A stretch of DNA of 38,709 nucleotides from a virus (lineage: Duplodnaviria; Caudoviricetes). This document shows, piece after piece, positions 1 to 8,505 of the stretch. A program made the translations under genes and the position numbers. Position 1 is the stretch's first letter; each line of letters begins with the position of its first letter. The notes beneath the pieces are model-generated. The model worked only from the letters and a program-made list of their open reading frames with translations, had not been told where the DNA came from and did no database searches. The stretch lies in the IMG/VR virus record IMGVR_UViG_3300011338_000746, positions 1-38,709 of that record. One strand, 5' to 3'.

Positions 1-52
1 CATCTTCTAAACGCTGTTCAACTACCCAATATTTATTCTTACTCTCTGGCAT
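1..52 (-). CDS. 5' fragment of a gene running off the left edge (MPESKNKYWVVEQRLED...)
   Basis: ATG at 52 with open frame to the window edge; lies downstream of a terminator and a CTTATATT motif. Confidence 0.55.
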   Translation of the reverse strand, partial: MPESKNKYWVVEQRLED

Positions 53-121
53 AGATGAAATTGACAATATAAGTTAGTAATTTGTAATGTTAAATACGAT
101 TAATTGTTAATATTAAAAAAT

Positions 122-150
122 AAAAAAACCGCTATTTTTATTAGCGGTTT
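122..150 (-). terminator. Rho-independent terminator
   Basis: AAACCGCTA/TAGCGGTTT inverted repeat with T-run on minus strand, just after ORF 171-440. Confidence 0.8.
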
Positions 151-170
151 GTTAAAATTTTTAAACTTTT

Positions 171-440
171 TTATTTATTTGGTGGTGTGTAATTTTCATC
201 TACAAAAAAATCTACTTTTTTATCTAATAGTATAGGTTGAGATACTTGCCAAATACTATCAGTGGCAATTAAAAGACAATCTTTTCCATTTATTTTTATC
301 ATTGTTCCTACTTGTGGAAGTGATGTTCCTTCAACATTAACTTCATAACAAACACTTTCTTTACCATACATTTGTAAAGAAAGTGCTATTTGTTGAGGTA
401 TATTTTGTGTTGATTTACGAATCCCTATAAAATTACTCAC
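171..440 (-). CDS. hypothetical protein (89 aa)
   Basis: ORF overlapping the stop of the upstream gene, followed by a terminator. Confidence 0.75.
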   Translation of the reverse strand: MSNFIGIRKSTQNIPQQIALSLQMYGKESVCYEVNVEGTSLPQVGTMIKINGKDCLLIATDSIWQVSQPILLDKKVDFFVDENYTPPNK

Positions 441-1671
441 AAATTATTGGATTAAAAGAAGTGAAACCATATTTAGAATCTAATAGTCTATATGTTTGCA
501 TTGCAGGTTCATATGAACATCCTAACATTTGAGCATAGTTATCATATCCACAAAGACTACCATTTAACATACAATCTACCGTAGGTAAAGAAGCTGTATG
601 GTAATGTCCCATAATATTATAATCTGCACTATTTACACTATTTTGACGTAGGATAAATTTAGTTAATGGAACTGTTAATCCTCCAATACCTCCACCAAAT
701 TTACATTGATGTCCGTGAAAGTATCTAATATTCTTATCCATTATTTTTACATAAGAAACATCTGAATAAGGAAGAATAAAGTTAGTACTATCTTTAAACT
801 TTTGATTCAACATAGCATATAACATTGTTTCATATGATGTTCTATGATCAGTTGAACTTTCCATTCTTTTAGAGGTACGGGCATGATTACCATTTTGACA
901 TACTATTGTAATATCTTTTGTCTTAGCATTTTTTATAATATGTGTTAATGCATTAGATATTAATTCATTTGCAAATGCAGTAGCTTCTACAGGAGTCATT
1001 GAATTAGTTATCATTTGACTTTCAGGATGAATATATCCTTCTATAAAATCACCATTTAAAAATAAAACAGTACTATGTTTATCAAAATCAACAGAATCTC
1101 TATTAATTAATTTTACTGTTGAATCAGCAAATTTTTCTGAACGTAACTTTGCAATTGTTGGATTAAACTCATTTAACCCGTTTAATGATCTTTTTTCAAT
1201 TATTTTTTCTACATGCCAATCACTAACAGCAATAAGAGAAGCACCTTGTCTTTTAACAGTTTTGTCTAAAGGTATAGATAACTTAGATACTTTAGGCTGA
1301 TCTTGAAGTCTTAAAAGATCATCATACTTATTATCTAAAGCTTCATACTGATTAAGTAATGCTTTATACTTATCTTCTGTTTCTTTTGTTTTAGATTCAC
1401 ATTTTCTACGTACCATATCTAGTTCATATACTTCTGCTTTTTTAGGATCTTGTTTAGATACAGTTTTTACAACTTCATCTAAATTTGACATACCTGTTTC
1501 TTCAAGTTTATTTATAAATGTTTCAGCACTTTGTAATGATTTAACTTTTTTACGAGATGCAATAACTTCTGATTCGGTAACTTTTAATCTAGTTGCAGTT
1601 ATTTTAGAACCTCTTTGCATTCTTGATGGATCTTCAAGAAAATATTTATCAATTTTATTTAATTTACTCAT
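433..1671 (-). CDS. calcineurin-like metallophosphoesterase with N-terminal coiled coil
   Basis: Ordered motifs SDWH, NGDFIEG, GNH, FHGH, GHYH. Confidence 0.85.
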   Translation of the reverse strand: MSKLNKIDKYFLEDPSRMQRGSKITATRLKVTESEVIASRKKVKSLQSAETFINKLEETGMSNLDEVVKTVSKQDPKKAEVYELDMVRRKCESKTKETEDKYKALLNQYEALDNKYDDLLRLQDQPKVSKLSIPLDKTVKRQGASLIAVSDWHVEKIIEKRSLNGLNEFNPTIAKLRSEKFADSTVKLINRDSVDFDKHSTVLFLNGDFIEGYIHPESQMITNSMTPVEATAFANELISNALTHIIKNAKTKDITIVCQNGNHARTSKRMESSTDHRTSYETMLYAMLNQKFKDSTNFILPYSDVSYVKIMDKNIRYFHGHQCKFGGGIGGLTVPLTKFILRQNSVNSADYNIMGHYHTASLPTVDCMLNGSLCGYDNYAQMLGCSYEPAMQTYRLLDSKYGFTSFNPIICE

Positions 1672-1705
1672 TTTTGGTTTTTGTTTAAATGAAAAAAAAG
1701 TAGGA

Positions 1706-1873
1706 CTATTGTCCTACTGTTGTATAGTATTTGGTTTTGATTTGTATATACTCTGGGGTTTTTCTAAACTTGATTACTGTGTTTAAACTAATTCCAGTTG
1801 CTTTAGCTATTCTAGCTGGTCCGCATTTAATGTAACTTGGACATTTCGTTAAAAAGGTATTTAATGTTTTCAT
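1706..1873 (-). CDS. small HTH-like DNA-binding protein (55 aa; start moved to second ATG)
   Basis: GPARIAKATGISLNTVIKFRK HTH pattern; the MYICT extension is the TATATTTG promoter read as codons. Confidence 0.65.
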   Translation of the reverse strand: MKTLNTFLTKCPSYIKCGPARIAKATGISLNTVIKFRKTPEYIQIKTKYYTTVGQ

Positions 1874-1877
1874 AGTG

Positions 1878-1885
1878 CAAATATA
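1878..1885 (-). promoter_or_regulatory. Bacteroidota -7 promoter element TATATTTG
   Basis: Matches TAnnTTTG, 4 nt upstream of ATG 1873. Confidence 0.75.
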
Positions 1886-1908
1886 CATTATAAATCGGAA
1901 GTGCGATG

Positions 1909-2232
1909 TTAAGATGTTGTTATTAACTCTACTGCATTAATTTCATTAATTTCTTTTTGACCTATGTTATATTTTGCAATTTCAATTAAATCTTCTATAT
2001 CCTCTGGTTTAAATGCAAATCTTTTAGAATCAAAATAAGCATATGGTTCATTACTTTCATCTAAGTCTATTTCTAATAGTTCAAAGCCTATTTTTTTAGT
2101 GTGATCAAATCCAGGAATAGGTATAATATTAACTATACGTATTACATTGTATTTTTCACCTTCCTTTACCCATTTTGATATAGGTATTTCAGAAGGTCTA
2201 TCTTTATCATTTATGCATAATATCTCAACCAT
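1909..2232 (-). CDS. hypothetical phage protein (107 aa)
   Basis: ORF in tightly packed operon. Confidence 0.75.
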   Translation of the reverse strand: MVEILCINDKDRPSEIPISKWVKEGEKYNVIRIVNIIPIPGFDHTKKIGFELLEIDLDESNEPYAYFDSKRFAFKPEDIEDLIEIAKYNIGQKEINEINAVELITTS

Positions 2233-2235
2233 TTT

Positions 2236-2448
2236 TTATATATTTCTACTTATTCTATCACATATTTTTAATATTGTATCTAACTTAGATTCTACTATAT
2301 CTATTTTATCTAAGATATCTAATAATAGATCTTCATCTTCTTGATCGTCTTTTAAGGGAACGGTTATTTCAATTTGATTAATTGAATTTGTTGATGTAGT
2401 ACTTACTATGTTTTTCATAGCTTCATACTTTGTAAAAGTTTTACTCAT
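2236..2448 (-). CDS. hypothetical protein (70 aa), C-terminal coiled coil
   Basis: Overlaps phoH stop; heptad pattern. Confidence 0.7.
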   Translation of the reverse strand: MSKTFTKYEAMKNIVSTTSTNSINQIEITVPLKDDQEDEDLLLDILDKIDIVESKLDTILKICDRISRNI

Positions 2449-3100
2449 TAGTTTTATTTTTATAAATATAATCTAAAATTTTACCTACTAATCCAGAACG
2501 ATGATTTTCCTTTAATTTAATCCATTTAATTTCAGGAATATTTTTAGATAATTCTATAATCCAATCTAAACCTGTATAAGCAATATTGGTATCTCGTTGA
2601 GCTGCATCTCCATTTAAAATAATGGTACCTGTTTTACCTAAACGGGTAATTATAGCTTCTACTTCCCCAGGAGTCATATTTTGTATTTCCTCACAAACTA
2701 ATATATCATCAACTGTTTTACCTCGTATAAATTGTACTGGAAGAGCTTTTATTTTTTCTTCTGAAATAAGTTCATCAATTTTTTTACTATCATAACACTT
2801 ATATAAATTTTCTTTAAAAGCTTCCATATAAGGATCAAATTTATCTTTTAAACCACCTGGCATAAATCCTAAAGTTTTTCCTACTTCAATAGCAGCCCTT
2901 GTATTAAATATTTTAGAAACTTTTTTCTTAAATAAAAAATCTAATGCTACTTGAGCGCATACAAGAGATTTACCACTACCTGCTTGACCTGTAACAATTA
3001 CAATTTGATTTTCGTATATTAATCTTTTGGCATCTCTTTGTTCATCATTTAATTGAACAAGATACTTAATCTCTCCTTTAATTTGCTTTTTTTCTTGCAT
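2441..3100 (-). CDS. phoH: PhoH-family ATPase
   Basis: Walker A GQAGSGKS, LGFMPGGLKDKFDPY, FIRGKT, EEIQN, ITRLG, GDAAQRD, NHRSGLV. Confidence 0.93.
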   Translation of the reverse strand: MQEKKQIKGEIKYLVQLNDEQRDAKRLIYENQIVIVTGQAGSGKSLVCAQVALDFLFKKKVSKIFNTRAAIEVGKTLGFMPGGLKDKFDPYMEAFKENLYKCYDSKKIDELISEEKIKALPVQFIRGKTVDDILVCEEIQNMTPGEVEAIITRLGKTGTIILNGDAAQRDTNIAYTGLDWIIELSKNIPEIKWIKLKENHRSGLVGKILDYIYKNKTNE

Positions 3101-3146
3101 ATAATTTATTTAATACTGTAAAGGTAATATGTTTTTTAATATAAAC

Positions 3147-3181
3147 AAAAAACCCTGAATAAATTAATACCAGGGTTTTTT
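3147..3181. terminator. bidirectional Rho-independent terminator
   Basis: AAAAAACCCTG...CAGGGTTTTTT inverted repeat. Confidence 0.75.
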
Positions 3182-3197
3182 TATATTGAATGAAAGA

Positions 3198-3431
3198 CTA
3201 CTTTTTTTTAAAATCTCGTTTATAATTTCTAATCATTGCTTTGGATGGATATGCTACTGTTATATGTTTTCCTTTAGGGAGCATTTTAATATCAGCTGAA
3301 TCTAATGGTATATTTTTACCTGCTTGCATCATTTCATTTTTTAAAATATCTAAATATGAAAGTTCTTGAGCTGGTGTTTCCATTTCTGGTACTATTGTTT
3401 CTATTTCTGTAAGTAGTGTTGGTGTATTCAT
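3198..3431 (-). CDS. hypothetical protein (77 aa from MNTPTLL)
   Basis: ATG at 3431 directly follows the upstream stop at 3434. Confidence 0.65.
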   Translation of the reverse strand: MNTPTLLTEIETIVPEMETPAQELSYLDILKNEMMQAGKNIPLDSADIKMLPKGKHITVAYPSKAMIRNYKRDFKKK

Positions 3432-3433
3432 TA

Positions 3434-3856
3434 TTATTTTATTTTTGGTGTTTTTAATGAAATCCACTCATTTAATATAAGGGGATCTTTATCTAAAAAT
3501 TTATTTCCTATTCGCATTGCCTCTAAAATAAGCATTTCGGTTTTTGAAAAACATATTGTTTGAATCTCAAAGATAAATAAATCTTTTGAAATTGCAATCA
3601 TTTCTTGTACTTTTTTTGATGAAGATATGTAAGTTTTCCAATTTGATTCTTTTTGTTTCTTTTCTCTTGTGGGTTTTCTTCCTTTACCTGAATAAAGCTC
3701 ATTACTGCGTTTTTTAGAGATTTTGGCATTGGTATTAGAGTAAAATTGTTTAGATCCTATATAGTACTCCTTTGTTTCTTTATTTGTAATTTTATATACA
3801 AACCCAAAAGCATCTGTTGGTATTTCTTTTAATATCTTTCCGTTATATTTCCACAT
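3434..3856 (-). CDS. GIY-YIG nuclease (Seg/endonuclease II-like)
   Basis: GFVYKIT...YYIGSK motif, WKTYISS, C-terminal E and LN motif. Confidence 0.85.
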   Translation of the reverse strand: MWKYNGKILKEIPTDAFGFVYKITNKETKEYYIGSKQFYSNTNAKISKKRSNELYSGKGRKPTREKKQKESNWKTYISSSKKVQEMIAISKDLFIFEIQTICFSKTEMLILEAMRIGNKFLDKDPLILNEWISLKTPKIK

Positions 3857-3858
3857 AA

Positions 3859-4068
3859 TTAAAAACCATGGGTTCCTCCTGTTTCATGAAGCATTAAACG
3901 ATATTTATATTTTTTAATTATATTAATGTAATCATTATTTAATTTATAGGTTTCAATTAATGTATTTAATTGATAATTAGTAAGTTCTTTATCTTCTATA
4001 TAAATATATTCAAACTCTCCATATGAATAAAAATCTTCTAACCAATTATCTAATAATTTTTGTATCAT
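3859..4068 (-). CDS. hypothetical protein (69 aa)
   Basis: ORF abutting the GIY-YIG gene. Confidence 0.65.
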   Translation of the reverse strand: MIQKLLDNWLEDFYSYGEFEYIYIEDKELTNYQLNTLIETYKLNNDYINIIKKYKYRLMLHETGGTHGF

Positions 4069-4213
4069 TCTTTTTTATTAATTTTTTTCTAAACTTGTTT
4101 AATTTAACTTCAGTTTCAAGGATTTCTTCTTGAAGAAGTTCTAATGAGTTTTTTTGGATATTTAATATCTCATATAACTCCTGTATATATAATATAATAT
4201 CTTTTTTCTTCAT
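4046..4213 (-). CDS. small coiled-coil protein (55 aa, MKKKDIILYIQELYEIL...), absent from ORF track
   Basis: Read manually: ATG 4213 to TAA 4046; fills the gap; TACCTTTG 4 nt upstream. Confidence 0.65.
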   Translation of the reverse strand: MKKKDIILYIQELYEILNIQKNSLELLQEEILETEVKLNKFRKKLIKKNDTKIIR

Positions 4214-4217
4214 ATAG

Positions 4218-4225
4218 CAAAGGTA
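4218..4225 (-). promoter_or_regulatory. Bacteroidota -7 promoter element TACCTTTG
   Basis: TAnnTTTG 4 nt upstream of ATG 4213. Confidence 0.7.
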
Positions 4226-4276
4226 TATAAAATTATAATATAGTAGATGTATATTAACAATATATAATCAAAATAC

Positions 4277-5131
4277 TTACAATAAGGCAACAGGGGATTT
4301 TTTAAGGTTTCCAAAGAAAAAACAAGCTTCAAACTTATTAGTTTTTTCTACTTGGGAACCTTTAGATAGAAAATACATGTTATATCTTTTAGATATGTAT
4401 ATAACACCTTTTGGATACATCTCTTTTACTGCTTCTAATGGAGTGGTAATTGGAATATGTTTTAATGGATAGTTTATAATTTTTCTATCTATCATACCTG
4501 TATTATGCATTCTTCTTAAAAGAGAAGAAGAAGCCGCTGTAGATAATCCTGTTAATTTTGAAATATGATTTTTACCTGTTACTATATACTTATAATCACT
4601 TGCTTCAGTACGCTTTACTAATTCATCAGTTGTAATGTTATATCTAGCTGCTTTTTTTGAAAGTGCTTTAAGTAACTGACCTGTTGCCTTATTTCTGTTA
4701 GAAGAGTTTTTATAAGCTGCAAGTTGAGCTTGAGTCTTATCTCTATTAAATATTTGTTGATTTAGATTTTTTAATACAACACCATCAACAATGGTATAAA
4801 ATAAATCTTTAAATGTTATTGAATTATGTTGGTACTTTTTATAGAAAAATAAATGTTTATTAAAACGTAAATTTTTAGTACTAACCTCTCTTTCATTAAG
4901 GAAAGTTAATACATCTTTCATTTTTACTATAACTAAATTTGGACCTACTTTTTTAGTAAGTCCATTATTAACTAGATACTTTTTGTATTTTAAAAAAGAA
5001 GCATATGAAATACCCATAGTTTTATATATACTTTCATTTGTTTCTTTATTATGTTGTAATATAGAATTATCCCTGGTTAATTTAACCATGGTTACAAATG
5101 CTAAAAGTTTATATTTAAATATGTCTTTCAT
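4277..5131 (-). CDS. basic DNA-binding protein with two putative winged-HTH units (Rep-initiator-like or regulator)
   Basis: ESIYKTMGISYASFLKYKKYLVNNGL and HISKLTGLSTAASSSLLRRMHNTGMI both fit wHTH patterns; Lys-rich. Confidence 0.55.
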   Translation of the reverse strand: MKDIFKYKLLAFVTMVKLTRDNSILQHNKETNESIYKTMGISYASFLKYKKYLVNNGLTKKVGPNLVIVKMKDVLTFLNEREVSTKNLRFNKHLFFYKKYQHNSITFKDLFYTIVDGVVLKNLNQQIFNRDKTQAQLAAYKNSSNRNKATGQLLKALSKKAARYNITTDELVKRTEASDYKYIVTGKNHISKLTGLSTAASSSLLRRMHNTGMIDRKIINYPLKHIPITTPLEAVKEMYPKGVIYISKRYNMYFLSKGSQVEKTNKFEACFFFGNLKKSPVALL

Positions 5132-5137
5132 TTTTTT

Positions 5138-5169
5138 AAAAAGAAACCAGAATGTTACTTCTGGTTTCT
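5138..5169 (-). terminator. terminator/attenuator-like hairpin immediately upstream of the wHTH gene
   Basis: Perfect 11-bp stem AGAAACCAGAA/TTCTGGTTTCT (5142-5169) plus short T-run, a few nt before ATG 5131. Confidence 0.6.
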
Positions 5170-5234
5170 AAGTGTTGCTTTAATATACATGATATCCAGA
5201 CTTTCAGTTATAACTAACTTCTTAGTTAAGTACC

Positions 5235-5447
5235 TTATTGCAAAGGTAACATATTTTTTAATATATCTTTTATAAGTATGTGTAAAGGTTTTGTTATTGT
5301 TGGTTTATTCTCAATTTTTTCTAATTTAGAATCACCCAATTTTATCCAACTAATTCCATCATATATAAATATAATATGATTTTCAATAAAAATATCTCCA
5401 AGATTAGGATTTAATGGTTTTATTATATATTTAAAATCATCTAACAT
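5235..5447 (-). CDS. hypothetical protein (70 aa)
   Basis: TAATG stop-start coupling with upstream gene. Confidence 0.7.
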   Translation of the reverse strand: MLDDFKYIIKPLNPNLGDIFIENHIIFIYDGISWIKLGDSKLEKIENKPTITKPLHILIKDILKNMLPLQ

Positions 5448-5914
5448 TAGAAACTTAAATTGATTTTTAATTTTTTAAATATTTCCTCAGTTAAATAACC
5501 TGTAAGATAAGAAAAAGCTTCTTCTGATGTTTCATGAATATCTAACCCACTATAGTTTAATATTTTATATACTGCATGATATATCTCATGTGCAATAGTA
5601 TTAATAGCGTTGTAAGAAGGTTCATCATAATTTATATGAATACATATTGTTTTACCTCTATAAAAAGTAATACCTAAAGATTGACCAACTTCTATTTCAT
5701 CTTCCATCATATTAAAAAATCCTGGATAGTCTTTTTCAATAGATGTTATAGACTTTTTTTTAAAGGATACTATATCTTTTCCCATATATATAAAAACATC
5801 GCATTTATAAATAGGTATTTCTATTTTATGAAATTTATTTAACGTAGGATTTAATTTTACTTTCGTAACATTTGATTTTTTCTTTAATGTTACTTTCTTT
5901 GTCTTTTTTATCAT
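5447..5914 (-). CDS. zincin-like HEXXH metalloprotein (ImmA/IrrE-like fold)
   Basis: TIAHEIYHAV followed by EEAFSY. Confidence 0.7.
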   Translation of the reverse strand: MIKKTKKVTLKKKSNVTKVKLNPTLNKFHKIEIPIYKCDVFIYMGKDIVSFKKKSITSIEKDYPGFFNMMEDEIEVGQSLGITFYRGKTICIHINYDEPSYNAINTIAHEIYHAVYKILNYSGLDIHETSEEAFSYLTGYLTEEIFKKLKINLSF

Positions 5915-5974
5915 TTTGTAATTTTTTTAAAATTTTTAATAATCCCTGTAATCTTATATAATCAGGATATTTTT

Positions 5975-6460
5975 TTACGACCACCATTCTTCCTTATATT
6001 TTAAATAAATATTATTAAATAAAATATTATCTCTTTTTTCTATAGACTCAGCCTTTTCTTTTAATTCGTTGTAATACGGCATATTTAAAGAAATAGTCCA
6101 TTTTGGATTTAATATATAATTTTTATTATTCTCATCCTTAATAAATATTTCTTCAAATGGCATTGGATTATTTATAAGGTTTTCAAAAGTTTTATAATAG
6201 AAATCTTTTTCTTTTCTTTCAAGAATATTAATACATATTTTAAGGGATTGAATTACTTTTTTATCCATAGAATACCATTTACTTTTATCTAAATAATCTT
6301 TAGTTCTTTTTAATTTAGCAAGCATTAATCTATCAATAAAACTATAATCAAAATTTTGATCTTTCCAAATTACTTTAAAGTAATAATAAAGATTAGAAAT
6401 TCCTTGTTTAAATTCCCACCATTTTTCTTCTAGGTATATTTTTATATGTTTAAATTTCAT
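5975..6460 (-). CDS. hypothetical phage protein (161 aa, start moved to MKFKHIK)
   Basis: VIWKDQNFDY and terminal EEWW pattern; MYICI extension is the promoter. Confidence 0.75.
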   Translation of the reverse strand: MKFKHIKIYLEEKWWEFKQGISNLYYYFKVIWKDQNFDYSFIDRLMLAKLKRTKDYLDKSKWYSMDKKVIQSLKICINILERKEKDFYYKTFENLINNPMPFEEIFIKDENNKNYILNPKWTISLNMPYYNELKEKAESIEKRDNILFNNIYLKYKEEWWS

Positions 6461-6464
6461 AATA

Positions 6465-6472
6465 CAAATATA
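6465..6472 (-). promoter_or_regulatory. Bacteroidota -7 promoter element TATATTTG
   Basis: TAnnTTTG 4 nt upstream of ATG 6460, just after a terminator. Confidence 0.75.
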
Positions 6473-6486
6473 CATCTTTTTATAAT

Positions 6487-6518
6487 AAAAAAACCCCCGG
6501 TAAAAAATTACCAGGGGT
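6487..6518 (-). terminator. Rho-independent terminator ending the structural operon
   Basis: ACCCCTGGTAAT...TTACCGGGGGT hairpin followed by T-run on minus strand. Confidence 0.85.
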
Positions 6519-6538
6519 GTGCTTAGAAAACCAATAAA

Positions 6539-6667
6539 CTAAGCCGCTTTCTTTTCTTTGATAAAGGGGTTATCCGCTAAAGGAATTTCCTTTGGGATCA
6601 TTAAAGGAAGTACTATTACTCTACATCCTTTTTTTCCGCAACTATTTTTTATTTTTGTATTTTTCAT
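6539..6667 (-). CDS. small basic protein (42 aa, MKNTKIKNSCGKKGCRVIVLPLMIPKEIPLADNPFIKEKKAA), absent from ORF track
   Basis: Read manually; A-rich leader; sits between the 598-aa gene and the terminator. Confidence 0.6.
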   Translation of the reverse strand: MKNTKIKNSCGKKGCRVIVLPLMIPKEIPLADNPFIKEKKAA

Positions 6668-6680
6668 ATTCTTTTTTATT

Positions 6681-8477
6681 TTAAATAACTATACCTCCTA
6701 AACCAAATGTTCTTGTGCTTGTAAGAGAAGTATCTGATTTATGAACATATTTTATAGATAAATTACTGCCACTTCTAAATAATGATCCATTACCTATACA
6801 AGAACTATTAAATATTGAATCACGTACACCATAATCATCAGAATAACTACCAGTTGCCCAAGATTTTATAGTAGAAAACCCTGTTAATAAAGATAAATCT
6901 ATAATATCACTATTAAAAGTACCTGCTGTTGCTATAGGAAATGTTAAAGATTTTGAAACAATTCCTATTAAATATAAGACACCATCTTGTATTCTATATT
7001 TTGGAGGAAATGTAGCGTCAGGAGTCCAACTACTTAAAAATGCACCTGAAGGAACATTTACAAAACTAGAACCAGGATTAAATATTATTTCAAAATTATC
7101 ATAAGATATAGCACAAGTTTTTCTAATTTTAATATAAATTTTAGAATTTGATACTAATGTAACAGAAGGTACAGTAATAGTTCCTAAAGAAGATGAAGTA
7201 GTAGCTGTAAATGTACCTTTATAAACACCATCTATTGTTATTTCAGAAGTAAATGATTGAATAGCTGAACCAGATACAGTAAAATCTATTTGTACATTTG
7301 CACCTGATTGTGTAACAGTAATACCATTAACATTAAAAGTACAATCTTGTGTATATAAACCAGTTGATGTCATAACTGTTTTATTATCTGAAGTAGCATT
7401 TAACAAAACTTCTCCACTTAATTGATTACTTACAGTATTAAATTTAAATGCTTTGGTATTAGATACAGTATTTTCATAATCTACATTACCTTTTAAAGTA
7501 GAACCTGTTAAAGTAAAATCTACAGTACCAGTATTGTCAATAACAACAGCAGGAGGGGGTGTAGTAGGTATATTTATCTTTAAACCAGCAGCACTAGAAG
7601 TAACAGTTGCTGTAGAAGTAGGATCTATTTTAACATCAGCGGAAAGAACAGTACCTGTTTTTGTTAAATCTATTGTATTTGTATCTACTACTGAAAAACT
7701 TGCTGCACCGGCAGCAGCAGCACTTACTTTTAAACCAGCTGAACTAGATGTTAATATATTATCTCCGGTATTATCAACTTTAGCATTTGCAAAAATTTGA
7801 TAGTTACTACCTGTAAGTATTGTATTAGTAACAATTGTATCTGTTGTAGAACCTGAAACTGTACGTTGAGCAATAGCAGGTACATTTACATATAAACCAC
7901 CATCTATAGTTCCATTTGTTAAAGAATTTCCAGCATCAGTTGATAATTTAACAGCACCTGATATTTGATAACCACCAGTAACTGAAGCAACAGACATATC
8001 TATTGTTGGAGTATCTGTAACTAAAACTTGAGTAGTTGAACCACTTGTTGAAGGAGATACATATAAACCATCAGTAAGAGAACTTAAAGCATTTCCAGTT
8101 TGACTAGATATTTTTGCAGATAATCTAACAGATTCTGTATTACCTGGATTTAATTTAGTAAGTGTTATATTATTAGAGCCTACAAGTTTATCTTCTAAAT
8201 AACCATTTGAAGAGTCGGCAGCACTTACTTTAAATTTAATATCCTGAGCTTGGTTAACAGGAACACCATTTCTAAGACTATCAAAAACCACATCATTAAT
8301 AGTAGTTAAAGTAGTACCTTTTGGATATATTGTACCATTTAAGTCAATGTCTTTTGAAGTTAAGACACAGTTTGTTTTTGGGTAATCTAAACATCCATCA
8401 GTACATGGAATTAAAGTACATTGATCACAAGTACATTGTTGATTACATTGATTGCATAAAGCATTTTGTGTAGGCAT
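6681..8477 (-). CDS. putative tail-fibre/virion protein with Cys-rich N-terminus and repeated beta-rich units
   Basis: CxxCxxxCxCxxC N-terminus; repeats such as (K/V)ISxxxGNxLxxxxDGLYV and DTxTID; Thr/Ser-rich. Confidence 0.7.
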   Translation of the reverse strand: MPTQNALCNQCNQQCTCDQCTLIPCTDGCLDYPKTNCVLTSKDIDLNGTIYPKGTTLTTINDVVFDSLRNGVPVNQAQDIKFKVSAADSSNGYLEDKLVGSNNITLTKLNPGNTESVRLSAKISSQTGNALSSLTDGLYVSPSTSGSTTQVLVTDTPTIDMSVASVTGGYQISGAVKLSTDAGNSLTNGTIDGGLYVNVPAIAQRTVSGSTTDTIVTNTILTGSNYQIFANAKVDNTGDNILTSSSAGLKVSAAAAGAASFSVVDTNTIDLTKTGTVLSADVKIDPTSTATVTSSAAGLKINIPTTPPPAVVIDNTGTVDFTLTGSTLKGNVDYENTVSNTKAFKFNTVSNQLSGEVLLNATSDNKTVMTSTGLYTQDCTFNVNGITVTQSGANVQIDFTVSGSAIQSFTSEITIDGVYKGTFTATTSSSLGTITVPSVTLVSNSKIYIKIRKTCAISYDNFEIIFNPGSSFVNVPSGAFLSSWTPDATFPPKYRIQDGVLYLIGIVSKSLTFPIATAGTFNSDIIDLSLLTGFSTIKSWATGSYSDDYGVRDSIFNSSCIGNGSLFRSGSNLSIKYVHKSDTSLTSTRTFGLGGIVI

Positions 8478-8505
8478 ATTATATATTTTTTTTTAAATTT
8501 TTATT

